Source: Pristiophorus japonicus
Lineage: Eukaryota
Assembly: GCF_044704955.1 (NCBI RefSeq)
Contig: NC_091980.1
Location: 128,216,001 to 128,280,000, forward strand
Length of the DNA: 64,000 bases
Reading direction: 5' to 3'
Part shown: positions 25,776 to 39,437 of the stretch, piece by piece
Numbering within the stretch: the stretch's first letter is position 1
Layout of the letters: every line of letters begins with the position of its first letter
Notes under the pieces: model-generated
What the model saw: the letters and a program-made list of their open reading frames with translations, nothing else
What the model was told of the DNA's origin: nothing
Databases searched by the model: none
Position numbers and translations under genes: made by a program

Positions 25776-26089
25776 GACTGATCTCCGGAACTTAAAACTC
25801 TCAGTTACCCACTACGCCAATATCTATCTCAATCATCTGTGAAATCTCTACGTTATCTGCCTCCGGTATTCCCAGACTCAGCTCCTGTGTTAGAACACGT
25901 GTTAGAGCTGAACGCAGAGAGAGGCTGGGAAATATAAAACAAGACTGAAACAAACAGCAGGAGCTTGAGCCAAGTGCTGCACAGCAAGGGGAAGACAGGC
26001 TGAAGAGATGGAGAAAGCAGCCAGGTAACTATAGTAGGAACGACTGGAGATTTCGTCTCATAGCTTAGCGCTTCATCTGAGTTTGCAAC

Positions 26090-26502
26090 ATGCCCAAGTT
26101 TGGATGTTGTTGGTAAGGTCGATATTTATTGCCCATCCCGAGCGGCCCTGAGAAACCACTGGTGAGACTCCTTCTTGAACCATGTTCAGGTGCTCAATGG
26201 TTGAGAGACGACTTGCTCGGTCACTTCAGAGGGCAGGTAAGAATCAACCACATTACTGTACAAATAGAGTCACATATAAGCTGGACGAGGTAAGGGTGGC
26301 AGGTTTCCTTCCCTAAAAGGAAATTAGTGAGCCAATTGGATTTTTACAACAATCCTAAAAGTCCATGGTTACTGATATCAGTTTGTTTTAAATTTTAAAC
26401 TGAATCCAAATGATGGTGGGATTTGAACTCACATTCCGTGTATTATTGGTCCAAGCCTCTGCATTACTAGACCAGTAGCATAACCACTGCACTATTGAAC
26501 CC
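26090..26502 (-). mobile_element. tRNA-derived SINE made of the 5' head and 3' tail of the LINE family at 12085-15122
   Basis: A-box-like CAGTGGTTA, B box GAGTTCAAATCC, body matches 12085-12400, tail TGGTTCAAGAAGG...GGGATGGGCAATAAAT matches ~15019-15080. Confidence 0.75.
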
Positions 26503-27226
26503 CTAACATACAGCTTGAAAAAAGGCTGAATCTCCTTTATTCATTCTCTATGGAAATTGGCCTAGTTCACAGAGGCTGGTAGTTGTGTCCAATGTATATA
26601 TTAGCAGTTTACATTAAGATCCCCAACTATGTTACCAATTTTTCCTTTCCATACGCAAATTTAGCGAGGCCTCATCCGATGTTCCTTGTGCTTTGGATCA
26701 ATACCTGCTTCAGCGAACACATTCCTGTGTTCGCAAAATTGAAAGACTTTCAGCAGTAATTCTTGGATGTTGTCTATTCAGAAGGTGCAGACTCTGTACT
26801 GTAACAACACGCCCTTGGCAAAGTGGTTCAAACATGAGGGGCGAGTTCTTCCCGTGACTAGATTACACTAAAATCTCTTTCTCCAGTTCATCCAAATTTA
26901 AAACCAGTTAAAGGCTAAGATTAGACTTGTAGCTATGACCATCTTAGGCCACCATTGAACCAAAGTCATTAGTCTGGAGGGGAAGAGATTAAAACAGCCA
27001 CATGCCCAAGCAAATCAGGTTTGATCAAGATCACAACCAATTTCTCAGCAGAAGTAGTTCTTGTTCAATGCAAGGTCACACGACATTGATCTGAAAATGT
27101 GCTCAGTTACTTAAAAGAAGAAAAGGAACAAAAGCAAAATATTGCAGGGGCTGGAAATCTGAAATAAAAACAGAAAATGCTGGAAATACACAATAGGTCA
27201 GGCAGCATCTATGGTGAGAGGAACAG

Positions 27227-27263
27227 AGTTAACGTTTCAGGTCAATGACCTTGCGTCAGAACT
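27227..27263 (-). ncRNA. Minimal type I hammerhead ribozyme remnant in the Penelope terminal repeat
   Basis: AGTT-CTGACGCA-AGGTC-ATT-GACCT-GAAAC-GTT-AACT: stems I and II pair; CUGANGA core has one A>C change. Confidence 0.65.
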
Positions 27264-29193
27264 GGAAAAAGTTAGTGATGTAACTGATTTTAAGCAAGTG
27301 CAGGGCACGGAAAGTGTTGGGGGAGGGGAGGAAAGAACAAAAGGGAACGTTTGTTGTTATGTATGTATGTAAACCTTACCAAAATGTAAGACTTGCCAGT
27401 AGAGGGCACACCTGTGGGAGACCTAAGGGGTCACCTGTGCACCCTGGGCCAAGCAGGTATTAAAAGGGATCCACTATGCTGCATCCTCACTCAGGAGTCT
27501 GAATAAAGAGGCCAAGGTGACAACACTTTAAGCTTGCGATATAGTCCTATGGATTTATTCTGAACATAACAAATTAGCGATGAGTAACGGATCACGAACT
27601 TTCATATGGTAATGGCTGCCATTGGTATTCTTCAGTGATTTGTTGAGGGTGGTGATTGGGAAGCCTTTGTTGAGGGCCTGGACCAGTACTTTGTGGCCAA
27701 TGAATTGGACATGGCTGAAAAGAGATCAAATGCAGGGCGATTCTCCTCACCGTATGTGGGTCATCGATATAGGGCCTCCTTAAAAATTTGCTGCCACCAG
27801 TCAAACTAACGGACAAATCTTACGCAGAGCTGTGTACGCTGGCTAATGAACATCTCAAGTGAAAGGAGAACATCCTGATGGCCAGGTACTGCTTTTAGAT
27901 GCACCGTCACTCCGAGGACCAGAACGTTGCGAGTTCTGTCACCGACCTAAGACACCTTGCGGGGCAGTGCAACTTGCAGGATCTTTGGGGGGAAATGTTG
28001 CGGGACTTTTTCATGCTTGGAATTGGCCATGAGGTCATCCTTTGCAAACTGCTGTCTGCCGAATCCCTAGATCTGAGCAAGGCCATCACGATAGCCCAAG
28101 CCTTCATATCCACAAGCGATAACACGAAACAGATATCCTCATATAATTGAAGCTCACCGGCAAGCACCGTGCATAAAATAATGTTTTCAGCAGGCAGAAC
28201 GGCACAGGGCAGGGTCCACACGATTGCAGAGGCCAGACCAAGGCCTAGAGTGACTCAGAGTCCGCCGTGTGGTGTGAATGTGTATCCATTTGCACCATGT
28301 TGGCGCTGCGGGGGCAGCCAGACTGCTCATCAATGTCGATTCAAATCCTATGTGTGCAAGGGCTATGGAACAATGGGGAACCTCCAGCAAATGTGCAAAC
28401 GATCTCTGACACACCACGTGGCAGAGTCAGGAGAGGATCCAGCGAGGATCATGATGAACAAGCAGGAGAGGCAACCTGAGGATGAAGAGGAAGTATATGG
28501 GATACACACCTTCACCACCAAATGCCCTCCGATAATGTTAGAAGTTCATCTTAACGACACTCCGGTCTCAATGGAACTAGACACGGGGGCGAGTCAATCA
28601 GTTATGAGCCAGAAGGCATTCAAGAGGCTGTGGGGCGACAAAGCACAGCGACCCAAGCTGATCCCGATTCAAGCAAAGCTGCACACCGACTCCAAGGAAC
28701 TGATACCAGTTATTGGTAGTGCAGACATAAGGGTATTCCATGAGGGAGCAGTGCATGATTTACCACTGTGGATTGTTTCAGGTGATGGGCCAACACTGCT
28801 TGGCAGGAGGTGGATGGGGAAGATTCGATGGAACTGGGAAGACCTCTGCCTACCGTCTCCGGCGAATGGAGTCTCCCCTTCTCAAAGGCAGAGCAAACCC
28901 CCACCTTCAGCTGAACCAGGCATTGAAGTGCAGATCCATTTGCAGATCCCCGAGGCACAGGCCGCTCCTCACAACTACGAGTAGGTAAAGTTCAACCGAG
29001 CAGCGGTATAGTCGTGGTACCCACCACCTGAAGCCGACGACCTCTTCGCGATGATGGAAGAGGCTCCAGGTCGGCCATGCAGAGTGGGACTCCGGCCGAA
29101 ACGATCCAAATGTGTCTTCCCGACGCCAGAGGCAAAATACCTGGGGAGGAAGATCACGGCAGTCGATATCACGGACACGGATGAAAATGCATT

Positions 29194-29300
29194 CAGACCA
29201 CTGGACGAGATTGCGTCCAGACCATGGGATGAAATCGCATCCAGACCACGGGATGATAGAGCATCCAGACCACAGGACGAGAGAGTGTCCAGACCACGGG
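29194..29300 (+). repeat. 24-bp in-frame tandem repeat in Gypsy A
   Basis: CAGACCA... units encode RPLDEIAS RPWDEIAS RPRDDRAS RPQDERVS RPRELA. Confidence 0.85.
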
Positions 29301-30152
29301 AGCTCGCCACAACGGAATGGAAGAATGTGTCGCCCAGCAAGGAAGACGAATGGGTTTGGGGCAAAGGTAAAGGGGCGACCACTGTGAAGGCCAGGCACCC
29401 ACTCTGCTCCAATAAATTGTGTGCACTATGTAACCCTTGTGAGTGGTCTTTCGTGGCCAATGATGTATCATTATATAGGGTTGGGGGTACCTTATAACAA
29501 GCCAAAGTAGCCAACCGGTCATATATGTATCTGACAAAGTACTCATAACAAGTGATGAGTTAATGCACAGGGTCGGGTGTGTTGTACAGCAAGCCAAAGT
29601 AGTGGGCAAACCCCAACCAGTTGTACATGTATCCAACAAAGTATTCATAGCAAGTGAGATGTTACCGCACGAGGTCGGAAGTGTTGTGCAGCAAGCAAAA
29701 GTAGTGGGCGAGCCCCAAAACGATTGAACATGTATTCAATAAGTTAAATAAAGCATCAGCCTGTATTCACGGGACTAAAGAGATGTAGCAAAGAGTGTCC
29801 CAATATGTGCTCGAGTCAGACAAGCTGCTCATCCCACAAGCTTGGGAAGCAGAGGCACCATTATCGATGCGTTGCTTCAAGAATGTCTAACTCTGTCTGT
29901 GCACTGTAACATGATCCGCCACGGGCCAGGCACTGAGAGTGGCACTAATGCCCTCAGTTGGCTACCGTTGCCCACAACCGGGGTGGAACAGCACAGCCTG
30001 TAGACCCACTCATGGTCGTGGAAGTCCTCGAAAGCAATGGGTCAACCGTAACGGCCCCCCAGCTTAGGATCTGGACATGCCAGGATCCCAGGTTACCAGT
30101 TGCCAAAGGTGAACTGCGAGACGGGATGTGGCAACCTAGCCATCGCAGAGAC

Positions 30153-33100
30153 TGTTATATAGGTACACTTGTATATGCTCTGTACAATCACTAGAGGGCT
30201 CATCCCCTGGAGTCCCAAGGGATCCCATAATCCCTTGGGAGCACAGGTATTTAAGGAGGCCACACAGGTTCAAGAGGCACTCTGGAGACCTGAAATAGAA
30301 GACTAAGGTTGCACTTTATTTTAAGCTCACAGTGTTCAGTCTGACACTTTTTCCAGACATAACAACTGGCGACGAGATACAGATAGCAAACCCAAAGATA
30401 CAGAGAACAGTGGGCATCCTGGAGAAATTCTCGGAGGGACATGATTGGGAAACTTATGTGTAGCGACTCGACCAATAATTTGTAGCCAACAAGCGAGATG
30501 GAGATGAGAACACTGCCAAACGAAGGGCGATCCTCCTCACCGTCTGTGGGACACCAACATATGGCCTCATGAAAAATTTCCTTACTCCAGCGAAACACAT
30601 GGAGAAATCATAAGATGATTTGTGCACACTGGTCTGAGAGCATTTGAACCCGAAGGAAAGCGTTCTAATGGCGAGGTACCGGTTCTACACCGACAAAAGG
30701 TCTGAAGGTCAGGAAGTGGCGAGTTATGCTGCCGAGCTAAGACGTCTTGCAGGACATTGTGAATTTGAAGGACATTTGGAACTCATGCTCAGAAAGTTTT
30801 TGGACTTGGCATTGGCCATGAAACCATACTTCGCAAACTTTTGACTGTAGAGACCCCAACCTTGAGCAAGGCCATAGCGATAATTGCCACCAGTGACAAT
30901 ACCAAGCAAATCTCTCAGCACATGAGTGCTGCTACAAGTACTGTGAACAAAGTGATGCTGTTTTCATCGCAATGTACAGGGCATGTCACACATGCTTGCA
31001 GCTGCATGTCTGCCGATGTCTCCACCATCAAGGGTGATGAATGCTAGGCCATTAACACCTTGTTGGCGCTGCGGGGGTGATCATCATTTCCATTCATGCC
31101 AATTCATAGGGTACGTTTTCATGGGCTGTGGAACAATGGGACATCTTCAACGTATGTGCAGGAGAGCTGCAAATCCTGTTAATCCTGCAAACCATCATGT
31201 TGTAGATGAGGACAGATCCATGGAGGATCACGACGAACCAGAGCCTCAGACCGAGGAGACAGAGGTACACGGGGTGCACACATTCACTACAAAGTGTCCC
31301 CCGCAAATGCTGAATGTTGAACTAAATGGACTCCCGGTGTCAATGGAGCTGGACCAAGGCGCAAGCCAGTCCAACATGGGCAAAAAGACTTTTGAAAGAT
31401 TGTGGTGCAGCAAAGCCTCAAGGCCAGCCTTAATTCCAATTTGCACGAAACTAAGAACTGATTCCTGTAATCAGCAGAGCTACCGTAAAGGTCTCCTATG
31501 GTGGAGCGGTGCATAAGCTACCACTGTGGGTGGTAACGGGGCGATGGTCCCACGCTGCTCGGCAGGAGATGGCTGGGAAAGATACACTGGAACTGGGACA
31601 ACGTCCGAGCGCTATTGCCCACTGATGACACTTCGTGTGCCCAGATCTTAAACAAATTTCCTTCGCTGTTCGAACCAGGCATCAGGAAATTTCAAGGAGC
31701 ATAAGTGCAGATCCACCTAATTTCGGGGGCGCAACCCATCCATCACAAGGCGAGTGCAGTACCGTACATGATGAAAGAAAGGGTAGAGATTGAGCTAGAC
31801 CAGCTGCAAAGAGAGGGTGTCATTTCACCAATCGAGTTCAACGAGTGGGTCAGTACTATTGTCCCAGCCCTCAAGAGAGACGGCACCGTCAGAATCTGTG
31901 GCGATTACAAAGTAACTATCAATCATTTCTACCCGCAGGACTAATACCCACTATCAAAGGCCGACGACCTCTTTGCAATGCTGGCGGGGGGAAAGGTGTT
32001 CACAAAGCTGGATCTGACTTCAGCCTACATGATGTAGGAACTGGAGGAATCATCTAAGGGCCTCACCTGCATCAGCACGCACAATAGTCTTTTTATTTAT
32101 AACAATGCCCGTTTGGAATTCGATCGGCGGCGATATTCCAGAGAAACATGGAAAGCTTACTGAAGTCGGTCCTGCACATCATGGTCTTCCAGGACGACAT
32201 CTTGGCCACAGGTCGGGACACAGTCGAGCATCTGCAGAACCTGTAGGAGGTTCTTAGTCAAATCAACCGCGTGGGCTCAGGTTAAAACACTAGAAGTGCA
32301 TTTTCCTGGAGCCTGAAGTGGAGTTCTTAGGAAGGAGGATTGCGGCGGATGGCATCAGGCCCAGCAACTCGAAGAAGGGGGCAATCGAGAAGGACCGAGG
32401 CCACAGAACATGATGGAGTTGCGGTCGTTTCTAGGACTCCTGAACTACTTTGGTAACTTATTTTCGGGTCTCAGCACACTGTTAGAACCAATGTATGTCT
32501 TACTGTGAAAAGGGGATTAATGGGCAAGTGGCAAAAGCCAAGAAAATGCCTTCGTAAAAACGAGAAAATGTTTATGCTCAAACAAATTGCTTGTGTTGTA
32601 TATTCCATGTAAGCGTTTGGTAGTAGCATGTGATGCGTTGTCATATGGCATCGAGTGTGTATTGCAACAAGCTAATGCTTTTGGGAAACTGCAACTGGTT
32701 GCTTGCACATCCAGGAGTCTGTCTAAGGCTGAGAGAGCCTACAGCATGATTGAAAAAGAAGCATTAGCTTGTGTCTATGAGTTAAAGAAAATGCATCAAT
32801 ATCTGTTTGGGCTAAAATTCGAATTGGAAACTGACCACAAGCCACTCATATCCCTGTTTTCCGAGAGTAAGGGATAAATACGATTGCATCGGCCTGCGTC
32901 CAGCGATGGGCACTCACATTGTCCGCATAAAACTATGCCATCCGCCACAGGCAAGGCAAAGACAAATGCGCTGATGCTCTCAGCAGACTGCCATTGCCCA
33001 CCACGGGGATGGAAATGGCGCGGCCCGCAGATTTAGCCATGGTTATGGAAGCAGTTGAGAGTGAGCATTCACCCGTCACTGCCCGGCAGATCAAAACCTG

Positions 33101-34674
33101 CACGAGCCAGGACCCCCTATTGTTCCTCGTCAAAAACTGTGTGCTTCACGGGAACAGGTCCAGTGTCCCTGTAGAAATGCAGGAAGAAATAAAGCCGTTC
33201 CAGCGGTGCAAAGATGAAATGTCTATACAGGCAGACTGCCTTCTGTGGGGCGATCATGTAGTGGTACCTAAGAAGTGCAGAGACACCTTCATCAGTTACC
33301 TGCACAGTACCCACCCAAGCATTGTAATGATGAAAGCGACAGCCAGATCCCACGTGTGGTGGGCCGGTATTGATGCGGACTTAGAGTTCTGCGTGCACAG
33401 ATGTAATACATGGTCGCAGTTAAGCAAAGTACCTAGGTAGGTGCTGCTAAGTTTATGGTCTTGGCCCGCCAAACCGTGGTCTAGGGTACATATCGACTAT
33501 GCAGACCCGTACTTGGCTAAAATGATCCTTGTCGTTGTAGATGCGTACTCCAAATGGATTGAATGTGAGATAATGTCGGCTAGCACGTCCGCTGCCACTA
33601 ATGAAAGCCCGCGGGTCATGTTTGCCACCCAGGGCCTACCCGATGTGCTGGTGAGTGACAACGGGCCATGTTTTACCAGTGCTGAGTTCAAAGAATTCAT
33701 GACCCGCAAGGGATCAAACATGTCACATCTGTCGCGTTTAAACCAATATCCAATGATCAGGCAGAGAGAGCAGTGCAAACCATCAAGCAGGGCTTGAAGA
33801 GGGTAATGGAAGACTCACTGCAGACTCGCCTATCACGAGTCCTGCTTAGCTACTGCCAAAGACCCCACTCGCTCACTGGGATCCCACCTGCTGAACTGCT
33901 CAAGAAAAGAGCACTTAAGACATGGCTCTCGTTAGTTCACCCTGATCTACATGAACAGGTAGAAAGCAGGCGGCTTCATCAAAGTGCAGACCATGATAGC
34001 GCAAATGTGTCATGCGAAATTGAATTCAATGGTCCTGTATTTGTATTAAATTATGGACAAGATCCCAAGTGGCTTCCCGACACTGTTGTGGCCAAAGAGG
34101 GGAGCAGGGTGTTTTGGGTCAAACTTTCAAATGGACTAATTCACCGGAAACACTTGGACCAAATAAAACTCAGATTCACGGACTACCCTGAGCAACCCAC
34201 TTTGGACCCTACCTTCTTTGACCCCCCCAACATACACGCCAGTGGCAACCAGCACCACGGTTGACCACGAAGCAGAACCCATCATCCACAGCAGCCCAGC
34301 AGGACCGACCACATTAGGCAGCCCAGCAAGGCCAGCTGCATGGCAGACCAGCGAGGGCCCAACAATTGATTCTCTAATACCAGCTTTCACATCGAGACGA
34401 TCAGCCAGGGCAAGAAGAGCCCCAGATCGACTCACATTGTAAATTGTTACACTGTTGGTATTGGGGGAGAGTGTTGTTATATATGTATATTTGTATATGC
34501 TCTGTACAGCCACCAGAGGGCTCATTCCCTGGATCCCATAATCCCTTGGGAGCACAGGTATTTAGGAGGCCTCACAGGTTGGAGAGGCACTCTGGAGACC
34601 TGCAATAAAAAACTAAGTTCACACTTTACTTTAAGCTCACAGTGTTCAGTCTCACTCTTTCTCCAAACATAACA
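30153..34674 (+). mobile_element. Gypsy LTR retrotransposon B, full length, decayed, nested in Gypsy A; LTRs 30153-30364 and 34475-34674
   Basis: PBS TGGCGACGAG, TSD GAGAC/GAGAA, gag-PR-RT (FQDD)-RH (VACDAL)-IN (VSDNGPCF) with many stops. Confidence 0.93.
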
Positions 34675-36004
34675 GAGAAGAAAGACCCATCCCAATGTTG
34701 CAAAGTAAGGCGGGGTGGCTACACACAGTCGGTGGTCCGGGGCCCCCATACTGCGGCCTAAGTTCCACAGGGAGCACTCGGCCCCCCGCCATTATCAAAA
34801 GTCTCAAGGCCATTGTGGCCATCCTGGGCTTGCCAGACCTCAGGGACAGCGACAATAGCTTGTAGGAGGCAGCCCAAATCACTAAACCTAGCACCACGTG
34901 TGTCACGGTAGACTCACTACAGACCCGGATAGCCTGGGTGCAACGCAGTCACCAGACAGAATCACTCAGAACCGAGCCTTCTGTATGCCACCAGCAGAGA
35001 ATGCACCATAATTGCACTGCCCCTCCACGCGACATCAGATTAAGTGATGTAGACCATGTTCAGGGCCCCAGTTGTCCTGCTAGCACCGCTTTAGCCAAGG
35101 GGGTGAATGGAGTGTATGTGATGAAAACGGAGTAGTTGATTTTGAAACCATGTACCGCGCTAATGAGTAAAGCATTTGGACAAGCCCAAACTGCGAACTA
35201 CAGATAACCAGGAACCACTGTGAAAGAACCTGGCCCCCAGCGACCCACCAACACCATCAACTTCACCATCGATGAACCCGCCACATCAGGACTTCAACCC
35301 AGGTGATCGACCCGGGGACGTGGGGTGCCAGATCGCCTCAACTTACAAATAACTTGTACATAAGACTTTGGGGGGAGTGATGTTATGTATGTAAGTAAAC
35401 CTTTCCAAAATGTAAGACTTGCCACGAGGGAGCACACCTGTGGGAGACCTAAGGGTCACCTATGCACCCTGGGCAAGCGGTTATAAAAGGGCATTCACCA
35501 TGCTGCATCCTCAGTCTGGAGTCTGAATAAAGAGACCAAGGTCACAACAGTTTGAGCTTACAATGCAGTCCTGTGAATTTATTGTGGACATAACATTTAT
35601 GATCGGGTGGAAGGCCGAAGTGATTAAATGACAAAAGGTAAGAAGGTACAAAGCAAAAGGAGGTGGTAATGCGACAAGTAAAGGAACAAAAGATGGGTCT
35701 AGAAGAGATGTAAATGGGTGCAACAGGATCATCAACAGCTGCCATCTGAAAAAGATAGGGACAGAGGTTTTGGTCTGAAATTGTTGAACTCGATGCTGAG
35801 TCCAGAAGGCTATAACGTGCCTAATAGAAAGCTGAGGAGCTTATGTTGAGCTTTGTTGGAACATTGTAAGAGGCCGATGACAGAGAGGTCAGAGTGGGAG
35901 GGGAGTGGAGAATTAAAGTGACAGGCGACCGGAAGTTTGCAGACTGAACAGAGGTGTTTTGCAAAGCGGTCACCCAATCTGCATTTGGTCTCCCCAATGC
36001 CTCC

Positions 36005-36380
36005 TGTCAACACGGGCAGACATCGACGACGAGGGCCAACACCGCCTTCAGTGCAGCTTTCGGTCGCCTGAGGAAGAGAGTGTTTGAAGACCAGGACCTC
36101 AAACCCGACACCAAGCTCATGGTCTACAGAGCAGTGGTAATATCTGCCCTCCTATATGGCTCAGAGACATGGACTATGTACAGCAGACACCTCAAAACAC
36201 TGGAGAAGTACCACCAACGTTTAGTCCGCTAGATCCTGCAAATCCACTGGGAGGATCGGCACACCAACATCAGTGTCCTCGCTCAGGCCTACATCCCCAG
36301 CATCGAAGCATTGACCACGCTCGATCAGCTCCGCTGGATGGGCCACATCGTCCGCATGACTGACACATGACTTCCAAAAG
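36005..36380 (+). mobile_element. RTE LINE internal fragment inside the Penelope element
   Basis: AFGRLRKRVFEDQDLKPDTKLMVYRAVVISALLYGSETW. Confidence 0.85.
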
Positions 36381-38391
36381 AAGATTAGATCTCCCCAATT
36401 TCGAGGAGACTACATTGTGAGCAGCGAACAGTATACTAAATTGCAAGAAGTACAAGTAAATTGCTGTTTAATCTGGAAGGAGTGTTTGATGCTCTGAGCA
36501 GTGGGAAAGGAGGAGGTAAATGGGCAGGTGTTACATCTCCAGCACTTTCGTGGGAATGTGCTATAGGAAAGGGAGTGAGTGCTGTAGGTGATTGAGGAGT
36601 GTTCCAGAGTGTCACGGAAGGAGAGGTCCCTTCGTAATGCTGAACGGGGAGGGAAAGGGAAGAGGTGTTTGCTAGTAGGATCGCTCTGAAGGTAGCAGAA
36701 ATAAAGGAGGATGAACCGTTCAACATGGAGGCTGGTGGTTTGGGAGGTGAGGACAAGGGGAACTGTATCGTGGTTCTGCGAGTGAGGGAAAGGGCTGAGA
36801 GCAGAACTGCGGGAAATGGAACGCACATGGTCAAGGGCCATGTCAATCATGGAGAGGATATGAAGCTGAAATCTCAACTCAGGGTCAAATGGCCTGGAAG
36901 AGGGATGGAGTCGGTGGCTAGGGAATGCAGTTTGTGGTGGTGATGTTAATTTTAAAAATAAGTGCCTGATTCATGTTGGTAAGACTTTTGTTAAATAGAT
37001 TTAAGCTGAGCTGATCGCACTCGACAAATGTTACAGAATAGTGCAAGACATTAACCTATTGTGACACCATATTCTAGAATGCTAATACTCACTGAACCAT
37101 GGGACATTAGGAGGTTAAATATACCGAGTGTAAGAGACAAGATGGGTCCATACTCAACATGGATATTTTCTCTTCCCTTGTTTTGGCCTCATTGGCCTAT
37201 TCGGAAGAACGTGAGACGGAAGCAGCTGAGATGACTATGTAGGGGTAAAGCAGTCTTTGAGCTCACACTGAGTGTCGAGTAAATGGAGGGTGCAAGTAAT
37301 GTCAGAGGTAGTGGTTAGCACTGGAGAAAAGCAGTTTGGATTTGTTCTCAGAATCATTGAAATTTACAGCACGGAAGGGAGCCATTTTGGCCCATCGTGT
37401 CCACGCCGGTCGACCAAGAGCTATTCAGCCTAATCATATTTTCCAGCTCTTGGTCCATAGCCCTGTAGGTTACGGCACTTTAAAGTGCACATCCAAGTCT
37501 TTTTTAAATGTGGTGAGGCTTTCTGCCTCTGTCATCCTTTTAGGCAGTGAGTTCCTGACCCCCACCATCCTCTGGGTGAAGACATTTCCCCTCATATCTC
37601 CTCTAAACCGCCCCTCAATTACTTTAAAACTATGCCCTCCTGGTTGTTGACCCCTCTGCTAAGGAAAGCAAGTCTGTCCTATCGACTCTATCCAGGCCCC
37701 TCAAATTTATACACCTCAATCAGCTCCCCCCTCAGCCTCCTCTGATCCAGAGAAAATAGACCGAGCATCTTCAATCTTTCCTCATAGCCAAAATTGTCCA
37801 GCATTCTTGTAAATCTCCTCTGCATCCTTTCCAGTGCAATCACATCTTTCCTGTAATGTGGTGACCAGAACTGCACACAGTACTCCAGCTGTGGCCGAAC
37901 CAGTGTTTTATACATTTCAAGCATAACCTCCTTGCTCTTGTATTCCATGCCTCGCCTATTAAAGGCAAATAACCATATGACTTCTTAACCACCTTAGCTA
38001 CCTGGTCTTCGACCTTCAGGGATCTGTGGACCTGCACTCCTAGGTCCCAATTTTCCTCTGCACTTTTCAGTGTTGTACATTTAAAGTGTATTACCTCCCT
38101 TGTTAGACCTCCATTAATGCATTACCTCACACTTATCTGGATTGAATTCCATTTTCCACTGTTCTGCTCACCTGACCAGTACATTGATATCTTCCTGCAG
38201 TCTGCAGCTTTCTTCTGCTTTATCAACCACACAGCCTATTTTAGTTGAATTTGAAAACTTTTTAAATCATACTTCCAACATTCAAGTCCAAGTCACTGAT
38301 ATATACACCACAAAAAGCAAGTGACCCAGCACTGAGTCCTGTGGAACCTCACTGGATACAGCCTTCCAGTCACAAAAACACCCATCAACAA

Positions 38392-39113
38392 TGTAGGGTG
38401 TTTGTTTTTTCACTCTATCCTGATTCTTAGACCTCGGAACTTATAGTGGGAAAGGACAACATGTAGTACAACATTTTAGGCTTAACCCAGTGAAGGTTTT
38501 ATTATGCAACAAAAACTAACTAAAACTACAGAACTAGACATACAATCACCAAAGATTCGTGGTCCTTGATTCCGTGGCCTGCTGTTTCTTCTTCCAGCTT
38601 TTCTCTGCAGTTTCTGTTCCTTTTCTGCTGCTTCTTCTTGTGTTGCCTGTCCGTCTTCAGTTGTCTGTCCTCCTTCTTGTGAGCTGCTTTTTGCTCACAT
38701 ATTTTTCCAGGTTTTGAATAAGTTTCCCCACTGGGCCGAGATCTGATTATCGATATGGTGATCTGTTTAACTGTTTGTGGTGATGTGTTTGAATGGCTAC
38801 TAATTTGCACACGGAGTCGACAATGCAAAAGATATTTCCTTATGATGAATGCTGTTATCCAAAAATTGGCATTCCATGGGGTCCTTTGTTGTCCGGTCTT
38901 TTTACAGACTCGATGTCTGCAGTGGCTGTTTTCCCCACCCAAGGTCAATCAAGTTCAAAGCATCACGTAACAACTCCATTGTTGTTATGCAAGAAGTCAG
39001 TTTTATGTCCTTGACCACAGAATGACCTTAATTGTCCAGATTCATTCAAAAAGCTTGGATCAATCAATTTTTAGTTCATGGTCTGTGTTTTGTTGAAGAT
39101 TAGTAACATTACA
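38392..39113 (-). mobile_element. Probable solo LTR (~720 bp)
   Basis: TGTA...TACA ends, 4-bp TSD ACAA/ACCA, interrupts the CR1 RT cleanly, minus-strand AATAAA at 38498-38503. Confidence 0.65.
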
Positions 39114-39437
39114 ACCATCAGCCTTTGCTTCCTGTTCCTGAACCAATTTTGGATCCAACTTGCCTCTTTGCCCTGGATCACATGGGTTTTTATTTTTATG
39201 ACCAATCTGCCACGTGGGACCTTATCAAAAACTTTGCTAAAATCCATATGCACCATATCATATGCACTACCCTCATCGACCCTCCTGGTTATCTCCTCGA
39301 AAAATTGAATCAAGTTACAGACACGACCTTCCCTTAAAAAATCCATGCTGACTGCCCTTGAATAATCCATGTCTTTCCAAGTGAAGATTTATCCTGTCCC
39401 TCAGGATTTTTTCCAATAACTTTCCCACCACTGAGGT

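Larger units (their letters stand above)
27355..35595 (+). mobile_element. Gypsy LTR retrotransposon A, internally deleted; LTRs 27355-27571 and 35381-35595
   Basis: TG...CA LTRs, TSD TTTGT/TTTAT, gag knuckles, protease MELDTGAS, RT and integrase mostly deleted, PPT GGGGGAGTGA. Confidence 0.9.
27125..36850 (-). mobile_element. Penelope-like element (RT C-terminus, GIY-YIG), split into 27125-27354, 35596-36000, 36390-36850
   Basis: IGETKCRLGDRFAKHL..V...PVACHFN GIY-YIG segment, IKQQFTCTSCNLVYC, PLE terminal repeat with a hammerhead-like motif. Confidence 0.8.

Noticed and set aside
38526-38948. 140-aa Lys/Gln-rich ORF
   Set aside because: It lies within a probable solo LTR over a pyrimidine-rich tract; no domain or splice support.
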